Positions 1 to 6,361 of a stretch of 12,772 nt of DNA are shown one piece after another. The notes beneath the pieces were generated by a model. That model worked only from the letters and a program-made list of their open reading frames with translations. It did no database searches and was not told the DNA's origin. Positions within the stretch are counted from its first letter, which is position 1. Every line of letters starts with the position of its first letter. This stretch comes from an uncultured archaeon (GTDB lineage: Archaea; Asgardarchaeota; Thorarchaeia; Thorarchaeales; Thorarchaeaceae). The translations under genes and the position numbers were made by a program. The stretch lies in NCBI GenBank assembly GCA_964590575.1, contig CAZPWM010000090.1:1-12772 (forward strand), in the 5' to 3' direction.

Positions 1-1
1 G

Positions 2-1216
2 ATGAAGATTCTCCATCTATGTGATAGCCTTAATCCTGCCGGTCTCGGAGGCTATGAGTCTATTATCCATTATCTTTCAAAAGCGCTGGCCTCAGAGGGA
101 CACGAGACCTTCGTTGTTACACAGTCACCCTATCGTAATTCCCCAGAATTGATCCGAAAAGAGTACTACACCATATTTCATTTGACCGGTAATCTACTTG
201 AAGCTAGAAAGTGGGAGTTCTATGCGCTGCCAGAGAAAAAAAGACTAGAAGCTACTAGCGATTTGTTCAAGTCCTCAGATATTACTGAGAATGTGGAAAT
301 TCTCACCAGTCAACTTGCTCAGCTCATACATGAACTTCAACCAGACATAATCCATGCCCACAGTACCTATGTTATTTTCAACCGGGTGATTTCAAAGCTG
401 CGTATGCTATCCAAATTAAAAATTCCTGTCATTGTGACAATCCATGGCTTACCAAAGCCCCTTATCCTTCCAGACGGAAAAGAAACAACAGATTACAATG
501 AGTTTGTCTCAAACTTTGATTTTGATTTAGTGATTGCAGTAAGTGAGAATGTTGCTGAAGTTATCAAAAAATATCTCAGGTTAGAACTTCATTATAAAGT
601 TCGCACGTTATACAGTGGAATTGATCTTTCAGTGTTCAGGCCTCTGCCAGATTTAGAAAAAGACTGGGATTTAGCGTTCATGGGTCGGCTTGAAGACATG
701 AAGTCTGTAGATCTCTTTCCGGAGATGCTATCCATTCTCAAACCTGAGTTTCCTGACCTTAAGATGATGATGACTGGAGAAGGGTCACTCAAGGAATGGT
801 TATTCAATGAGTTTGATGAAAAGGGAGTATCATCCATGGTAGACTATCAAGGAGTCGTTGCAACAGAAGATGTCCCTACTCTTATCAACAAGAGCCGAGT
901 CTTTCTCTATCCTTCAAGACAAGAGCCATTTGGACTTTCAATAATCGAAGCAATGGCCTGTGGAGTTCCAGTCGTAACAACAGATGTTTTTGGTCCAAGA
1001 GAGATAATCAGGAATAACTATGATGGAGTTGCTGTGCCACCAGATAATGTTGAAGCGCTCGTTAACGCTGTTGAAACACTCCTGAAAGATAGCGAACTCA
1101 GAAATAGGATTGCGAAAAATGCGCTCCAATCTGTCAAAGAGAGATATGACATCAGGCAACACGCAAAGCGTCTAGTATCGATATATGATGAGTTGATAGC
1201 AGGTAGGAAAAAGTGA
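2..1216 (+). CDS. Glycosyltransferase family 4 (GT-B fold, RfaB/PimA-like), 404 aa
   Basis: N-terminal MKILHL...GLGGYE; DIIHAH; VTIHG; FMGRLEDMK; EPFGLSIIEAMACGVPVV (ExFG...E donor-binding motif). ATG is at the window edge, but the N-terminus looks complete for the family. Confidence 0.95.
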   Translation: MKILHLCDSLNPAGLGGYESIIHYLSKALASEGHETFVVTQSPYRNSPELIRKEYYTIFHLTGNLLEARKWEFYALPEKKRLEATSDLFKSSDITENVEILTSQLAQLIHELQPDIIHAHSTYVIFNRVISKLRMLSKLKIPVIVTIHGLPKPLILPDGKETTDYNEFVSNFDFDLVIAVSENVAEVIKKYLRLELHYKVRTLYSGIDLSVFRPLPDLEKDWDLAFMGRLEDMKSVDLFPEMLSILKPEFPDLKMMMTGEGSLKEWLFNEFDEKGVSSMVDYQGVVATEDVPTLINKSRVFLYPSRQEPFGLSIIEAMACGVPVVTTDVFGPREIIRNNYDGVAVPPDNVEALVNAVETLLKDSELRNRIAKNALQSVKERYDIRQHAKRLVSIYDELIAGRKK

Positions 1217-1218
1217 TT

Positions 1219-1244
1219 TTGCGGGACTCAAAAGAACCCCGCAA
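1219..1244. terminator. Stem-loop between convergent genes, possible bidirectional terminator
   Basis: TTGCGGG (1219-1225) and CCCGCAA (1238-1244) form a perfect 7-bp inverted repeat in the 34-nt gap between the convergent stops at 1216 and 1251. Confidence 0.55.
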
Positions 1245-1250
1245 TCAAAT

Positions 1251-2069
1251 CTATTTTACAATGACTCGAGTACACTGGCAATCTTCATTCTTGAGGAAGG
1301 ATCTCAGGTGCCCATATTCCATCATAGAGATGAGCCCTATTTCCAAACCTTGTTCTATTAGCGGTTTGGCTGGAACAATGGACTGTAGCTTTCCTTTCAT
1401 TGCTCCACTTGCATCCTCTATCCCAGACACACCCATTCTCTTCAGGGTTTTTTCGAGGTCGTTGAGGTTGACTGTATCGATAAGGGAAGCATCCTTCTTG
1501 AGCTTGGGGTCCGCATCATAGATTCCAGACACATCAGAGGCAAAGATTAGCCGTTTTGCACCTAATTCCCTACAGATAATGACAGCCAGTTGATCTCCAC
1601 TACCAATACTCCATCCCATAACCGAGTCAATAAGGATGTCACCTCCCAATAGTGGAACCATTCCAAGTGAAACAAATCCCTTCAGAGGTTCCAAGAAGTA
1701 GTCAGTCATCCTCATTTTTTCAGAGATAATCATAGATGAAGGATACATCAGACAGACCGGAATGCTTGCATTCTGAAGCTCCTTCACAATGATATGACGC
1801 AATGTTGCCACACTTTCTTGTGTCTTAGAGAGGGGTAGAAGTTGCTCAGGACCCAAAAACCCCTTGTGGAGCTTGTGCTCAAGAACTGGTGGATGTCCAT
1901 AAGAGCCTACGCCATGTAACAGAATCAAGGACTCAATAAGGCCTTCATCGAAACACTCTCTAATCTCTCGAGACACTGATTGTAGTACTTTCTCTCTGTA
2001 GGTGTACGGTTTCGTTTTGTCGGTCAGCAGCGAACCGCCAAGCTTGATGACCGTCAGTTCTTTAGTCAC
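1251..2069 (-). CDS. ipk: Isopentenyl phosphate kinase (amino-acid kinase family), 272 aa
   Basis: VIKLGGSLLTDK; HGVGSYGH with the IPK/FomA signature His; LGGD; SGDQLA; SDVSGIYDADP; DASGAMKGK (DxTGGMxxK-like). GTG start preceded by a GGTG RBS. Confidence 0.88.
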   Translation of the reverse strand: MTKELTVIKLGGSLLTDKTKPYTYREKVLQSVSREIRECFDEGLIESLILLHGVGSYGHPPVLEHKLHKGFLGPEQLLPLSKTQESVATLRHIIVKELQNASIPVCLMYPSSMIISEKMRMTDYFLEPLKGFVSLGMVPLLGGDILIDSVMGWSIGSGDQLAVIICRELGAKRLIFASDVSGIYDADPKLKKDASLIDTVNLNDLEKTLKRMGVSGIEDASGAMKGKLQSIVPAKPLIEQGLEIGLISMMEYGHLRSFLKNEDCQCTRVIVK

Positions 2070-2087
2070 TGAGCAACACCATGGAAT

Positions 2088-2894
2088 CTAAAAGAGACTG
2101 AACATCGGGAATGGCCAGAACAACCCGAGGAAGGGCAATAGTAGGACCATGATAATAGCTGCGATAGTGATAGTCAGGTTATCAAAGCCTTTGGGTGTTA
2201 TTGCTTCAACAATCGTTGCTACAAGACTCACAACCAAGATTGGCAGAATCAAGTCGACAACGGAGAATGCAGCCACCTCAAATGAGAATAGAAACACTAG
2301 AACAAAGCTGAATAGAAATGATCCAATGAACATCCCAATAACTCCAGCAAGTGTCTTCTCAGCACCACCAATTCCGAACTTTCTTTCGCCGCCATATTTG
2401 CGCCCAATTACATCTGCGAATCCGTCTCCTCCAGCTAAGCATCCAAACACGATTAGTGCCAATGGAGTTGCATTAGCCAGATTACCATCTGCTGGAACAT
2501 AGAACCAGAGGATTCCTACTACAACCATTAAGAAGGCGTAGTACAATGTACCACCGAGGAGCTCTCGGGGGTCTCCGCTTCTAGACATCGAGCGTACAAA
2601 GTCCTCATTCTTGCTCTTTCCAGTCCCAATCATCACGAACTGCAGCACAAATATGAGTGGTACAATAATAGCCAGCCAGCGGCTGAATATACTACCAGAG
2701 AATAGCAGCCATGTGAGAACCCAAAGTGGAGCTGCAAATGTGTGAATAACTTTCCGGGTCACAACCGTTGAAAACGTACCGCTCTTCTCGATTTTTGCAT
2801 TGATCTGGACAAGCATCAGTATCACGATAAACGAGATAATGAACGCAACAATATCCCAGATGATTTCTAAACCAGGCAAAGGATTGAATACCAC
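2088..2894 (-). CDS. CTP-dependent polyprenol kinase family membrane protein (phytol kinase VTE5 / farnesol kinase / dolichol kinase SEC59-like), 268 aa
   Basis: Multi-pass hydrophobic protein with RKVIH, RELLGGTLYY, GDGFADVIGRKYG, KTLAG and VEAITPKGFDNLTI motifs. GTG start with GGAGG at 2907-2903. Ends 18 nt upstream of ipk, consistent with an operon. Confidence 0.88.
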   Translation of the reverse strand: MVFNPLPGLEIIWDIVAFIISFIVILMLVQINAKIEKSGTFSTVVTRKVIHTFAAPLWVLTWLLFSGSIFSRWLAIIVPLIFVLQFVMIGTGKSKNEDFVRSMSRSGDPRELLGGTLYYAFLMVVVGILWFYVPADGNLANATPLALIVFGCLAGGDGFADVIGRKYGGERKFGIGGAEKTLAGVIGMFIGSFLFSFVLVFLFSFEVAAFSVVDLILPILVVSLVATIVEAITPKGFDNLTITIAAIIMVLLLPFLGLFWPFPMFSLF

Positions 2895-2940
2895 GACCTT
2901 TTCCTCCTTTGAGAATTGTTAATGGTTTATACGACCCTGC

Positions 2941-2947
2941 TTATAAA
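2941..2947 (-). promoter_or_regulatory. Putative archaeal TATA box for the kinase-ipk operon
   Basis: Minus strand reads CTTTATAAG, about 50 nt upstream of the GTG, leaving room for the GGAGG RBS. Confidence 0.5.
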
Positions 2948-3189
2948 GATACGATTTAGACGATCACATGGAATGCCATCGTAGTTGAACCTTCTGACTA
3001 ATAACCAGCCAAAGTCTAGCTAAGATGAAGGTAATTAGAATAACTGATGGTATGCCCGTTGTGAGTAGGGGGCATGACAAAACCAAGTGACACTAGAACC
3101 GAATAGTTCTGTACAAAAAGACCAAACCTTGGAATACCAATCAATGGATAATTGAGATTAGTTCACCAAAAAGGCTGAATAAAAGATGG

Positions 3190-3209
3190 GAGGGGGTCCC
3201 CACCCCCTC
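3190..3209 (-). terminator. GC-rich hairpin terminator downstream of peroxiredoxin
   Basis: GAGGGGG-TCCCCA-CCCCCTC (7-bp stem) 17 nt after the prx stop, followed on the minus strand by CCATCTTTTATTCAGCCTTTTT. Confidence 0.6.
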
Positions 3210-3226
3210 GAATCAATATTTTGTAA

Positions 3227-3877
3227 CTAGAGATCTTTCTTACAGAACCACCAATCAGTACAGTCATAGCCTTCCTTGAAACGCTTCTCTGCACCTTCCT
3301 TGGTCTTTGGAGGTGGTACAATCACTTTGTCACCAGGCTTCCAGTTGGCTGGTGTGGCAACTTTGTGTTTGTCAGCAGTTTGGAATGCATCAATGGCACG
3401 TAGAATCTCGGCCATGTTGCGTCCATTGCTCAGAGGATAATAGATCAGTGCTCTGAGTTTGAACTCCGGATCAATGAAGAATACTGCTCGTACTGCTGCA
3501 GTACCGCTCTGAGCAGGATGAATCATGCCGTACTTCCTAGCTACAGACATACTGAGGTCTTCGATTATTGGGAACGGGATCTCAACCCCGAACTTCTCCT
3601 TTATTGTGCGAATCCAAGAGATGTGAGAGTAGATACTATCAATGCTAAGTCCCAACAGCTTGACGCCGCGTTTCTGGAGTTCTGGATAGATTTCTGTGAA
3701 CCCAATGAACTCAGTGGTGCAGACTGGCGTAAAGTCAGCAGGATGGCTGAATAGAATGACCCAACTGTCCTTGGCCCATTCACTGAATTTGATTACGCCA
3801 TCTGTAGTCACAGCTTCAAAGTCTGGAGCTTTTTCTCCTATGAGGAGTATTCGTTTCTCAACTTGAGTTTCTTCCAT
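3227..3877 (-). CDS. Peroxiredoxin, Prx6 (archaeal TPx-like) subfamily
   Basis: LFSHPADFTPVCTTEF (peroxidatic Cys, TGC codon); YYPLSNGRN; VATPANW; C-terminal CTDWWFC like archaeal Prx6 enzymes. The ORF track starts at 3892, but ATG 3877 has GGAG (3890-3887) as an RBS and is preferred. Confidence 0.95.
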   Translation of the reverse strand: MEETQVEKRILLIGEKAPDFEAVTTDGVIKFSEWAKDSWVILFSHPADFTPVCTTEFIGFTEIYPELQKRGVKLLGLSIDSIYSHISWIRTIKEKFGVEIPFPIIEDLSMSVARKYGMIHPAQSGTAAVRAVFFIDPEFKLRALIYYPLSNGRNMAEILRAIDAFQTADKHKVATPANWKPGDKVIVPPPKTKEGAEKRFKEGYDCTDWWFCKKDL

Positions 3878-3920
3878 TATTATTTTCTCCATGAAATTAC
3901 TTCAATTAGTAGTCAGTAAT

Positions 3921-3952
3921 CAATAATAATTATTATTTAAGTATTATTATCA
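3921..3952. promoter_or_regulatory. Fur/Per-box-like operator in the prx-perR divergent promoter
   Basis: Perfect 16-bp palindrome AATAATAATTATTATT (3922-3937) containing overlapping 7-1-7 sites CAATAAT-A-ATTATTA and TAATAAT-T-ATTATTT, plus an ATTATCA half-site at 3946-3952. It overlaps a minus-strand TTAAATAA TATA-like element. Confidence 0.6.
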
Positions 3953-4013
3953 ATAGATATATTTTTGTAACTAGGAATATATTTATTTACAAAAAAATGA
4001 AAGAGCTGATAAC

Positions 4014-4442
4014 ATGATATCCTCTAGAGAAGAAATTGCTGACACAATCAGGATGCATGGTCATCGGGCAACTCCGCAGAGAATCGTAATCTATGAAGCC
4101 CTATGGACATCAGGATCGCATCCGAGTGTTTCAGACATCCACGAGCATGCAATCAAAACGGACCCATCCATTAGTCTGGCCACCGTATACAAGACATTGC
4201 AGCTTTTTTCTGATATTGGACTGGTCAGAGAGATGGGTATCAGGGATGGACCAACTCGTTATGATCCCGATACTGAATTCCATATCAATCTCGTGTGTAA
4301 CAAATGTGGCAAAGTAGAGGATTTCAACTGTGTTTCTATCGACAAGATAGTACCAAATCTGTATGACCAAACAGGATTTCAGGCACAGAGTTATAGCTTT
4401 GAAGTGCGTGGAGTCTGTTCTAGTTGTCGAAACTCTAAGTAG
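4014..4442 (+). CDS. perR: Fur-family transcriptional regulator, PerR-like, 142 aa
   Basis: RATPQR, SHPS, SLATVYKTL, RYD, CNKC and CSSC Zn site. Asp103 (Asp rather than Glu is PerR-type). Divergent from peroxiredoxin. Confidence 0.88.
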   Translation: MISSREEIADTIRMHGHRATPQRIVIYEALWTSGSHPSVSDIHEHAIKTDPSISLATVYKTLQLFSDIGLVREMGIRDGPTRYDPDTEFHINLVCNKCGKVEDFNCVSIDKIVPNLYDQTGFQAQSYSFEVRGVCSSCRNSK

Positions 4443-4639
4443 ACATTCACCGTATCACATAGTTTGCCAAAGCAATTTCCAAGTTGCTCTCAACTCATCT
4501 TCTTCTAACTATCAAGAGGGGTCAATTAAATCGCGGTTCTTTGAGAATGTTTAAGAGCGCGAAATTGTAAGTAAAGGTTGGAAGCTGTTCTTTCTTAGAA
4601 GTTTTAACTCTAGCAATTATTTCAGCAATCAGTGAAAGT

Positions 4640-4657
4640 TACAGTAGAATTACTGTA
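4640..4657. promoter_or_regulatory. Palindrome upstream of the deacylase (operator or hairpin)
   Basis: TACAGTA-GAAT-TACTGTA perfect 7-4-7 inverted repeat about 55 nt upstream of ATG 4712. Confidence 0.4.
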
Positions 4658-4711
4658 GCAACCCTATGATATCGCTAAACGAATCTTGTCTATTCATTGG
4701 AGAGATGGCAG

Positions 4712-6361
4712 ATGACACAAGAGCTTGATTTACTCATTCGAAATGGTGCAATAGTAGACGGTTCAGGTAGTAGACCCATCAAAGCTGATGTAGGTGTCAG
4801 TGATGGTCAAATCTCTCGTATAGAACCAAATATCTCCGCTGATGCAAAGGCAGTCCTTGATGCAAAGAGAATGATTGTAAGCCCAGGGTTCATTGATATT
4901 CACAGCCATTCTGACATGAGCATACCATTCGATAATAGACTTGAGTCAATGATACGACAGGGAGTCACTACATCGGTTATTGGTAACTGTGGATCCTCTC
5001 TCGCTCCAATCAACGAGGATACACTTGATATTATCCAGAAGGATTTTGATGTCTTCTCACCCCCTGGTCACAAACTGAATATCACTTGGCGTAGTTTTCG
5101 AGAGTATCTTAAGACCTTGGAGAAGACGGGCATACCGATCAATATGGTACCGCTTGTCGGTTTTGGGACTGTTAGAATCGCAACGGGTCCAGCATTTGAT
5201 AATCGAGAACCTACAAAGAAGGAACTTGCTAATATGAAAGCAAGTGTCGCTGAGGCGATGGAGGCTGGAGCCTTTGGACTAAGCACTGGACTGTTTTATG
5301 CTCCACAAGTATTCGCGTCAACTAACGAAGTCATCGAGCTAGCGAAGACGGTGGCTGAGCACGATGGGTTATACGCCTCTCATATAAGAGGAGAAGGAGC
5401 ATCAGTAGTTCAAGCTGTTAATGAACTAATTCACATTGTGGAAGAGTCAGGCTGTAGAAGAGGACAGCTTTCGCACCACAAAATAGCTGGACGACCTTAT
5501 TGGGGAACAAGCAAAGAAACTCTCAAGCTTATTGCAGATGCTAATAGTCGCGGGCTTGTCATTGCATGTGACCAGTACCCGTATAATCGCGGAATGACCT
5601 CATTAATTTCCGCACTGCCTCCATGGGTTCACGAGGGAGGAATGGAGAGTATTCTTAATCATCTAATCACACCTGAGTCTCAAAATCAAATTATGCGAGA
5701 TGTCAATGGTGGAATTAATGGATGGGAGAACATAATCAAGGACGTCGGATGGGAGGGCATATACATTGCATCAGTCAGGACTGAAAAGTGGAGGACCATT
5801 CAAGGGAAAAGCCTACAACAAATTGCAGAGGAATACGGGTATTCTGACCCATTTCTACTGCTCTTCCAGCTTCTGCTTGATGAAACAGGCGAGGTGTCTA
5901 TGACCATCGAGAGCATGGATGAAGGAGATATTCAGCGTATCATGAAAGACAAACATACCATGATAGCAACCGATGGGTGGGGACTTTCTCCGACAGGAGT
6001 GTTTGGTTACATCAAGCCTCATCCTCGATCCTATGGGACATATCCAAGGGTCCTAAGTAAGTATGTTAGAGAAGAGGGATTACTGACTCTGGAGGAAGCT
6101 GTCTGGAAAATGACGGGATATCCAGCTAAGACACTAAGACTAGGGAATCGAGGTTTGATACGAGAAGGATATTGTGCAGATATGGTTGTATTCGATTCCG
6201 AGATGATTCAAGATAAGGCCACGTTTCTCCAGCCTCACCAGTTCCCAGTAGGAATACACCACGTGATTGTCAATGGAGAGATTGTAGTGGATGGTACCAC
6301 ACAGTTGGATATATTCCCTGGGAGGGTTCTCAGAAATGAAGCAGAAATTAGCTCAACTTAG
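4712..6361 (+). CDS. N-acyl-D-amino-acid deacylase / D-aminoacylase family amidohydrolase
   Basis: DLLIRNGAIVDGSG; PGFIDIHSHSD (HxH); GNCG Cys ligand; GLSTGLFYAP; YASHIRGE; SHHK; ATDG; HPRSYGTYPRVL. The ORF track begins at TTG 4697; ATG 4712 with GGAG (4699-4702) is preferred. Confidence 0.93.
   Translation: MTQELDLLIRNGAIVDGSGSRPIKADVGVSDGQISRIEPNISADAKAVLDAKRMIVSPGFIDIHSHSDMSIPFDNRLESMIRQGVTTSVIGNCGSSLAPINEDTLDIIQKDFDVFSPPGHKLNITWRSFREYLKTLEKTGIPINMVPLVGFGTVRIATGPAFDNREPTKKELANMKASVAEAMEAGAFGLSTGLFYAPQVFASTNEVIELAKTVAEHDGLYASHIRGEGASVVQAVNELIHIVEESGCRRGQLSHHKIAGRPYWGTSKETLKLIADANSRGLVIACDQYPYNRGMTSLISALPPWVHEGGMESILNHLITPESQNQIMRDVNGGINGWENIIKDVGWEGIYIASVRTEKWRTIQGKSLQQIAEEYGYSDPFLLLFQLLLDETGEVSMTIESMDEGDIQRIMKDKHTMIATDGWGLSPTGVFGYIKPHPRSYGTYPRVLSKYVREEGLLTLEEAVWKMTGYPAKTLRLGNRGLIREGYCADMVVFDSEMIQDKATFLQPHQFPVGIHHVIVNGEIVVDGTTQLDIFPGRVLRNEAEISST

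Noticed and set aside
2969-2994. Minus-strand GAAGGTTCAACTACGATGGCATTCCA as another tRNA 3' relic
   Set aside because: It has GGTTCAA and a CCA end, but the T-stem cannot pair, the spacing is 2 nt short and the acceptor strand does not match the A-C consensus.
3042-3078. ATGCCC...GGGCAT hairpin with GATGG, resembling a fluoride riboswitch or SECIS
   Set aside because: The pseudoknot and core motifs are incomplete, and there is no suitably oriented gene on that strand.
3227-3892. Selenocysteine recoding / SECIS for the peroxiredoxin (Asgard archaea have selenoproteins)
   Set aside because: The peroxidatic residue is a TGC Cys, the ORF has no in-frame TGA, and the downstream hairpin looks like a plain terminator.
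4443-4632. Protein-like minus-strand fragments (LIAEIIARVKTSKKE..., LEEDELRATWKLLWQ) and the 63-aa + ORF 4363-4554
   Set aside because: Short, interrupted by stops, with no start/RBS or recognisable family; cannot be supported as a gene or pseudogene.
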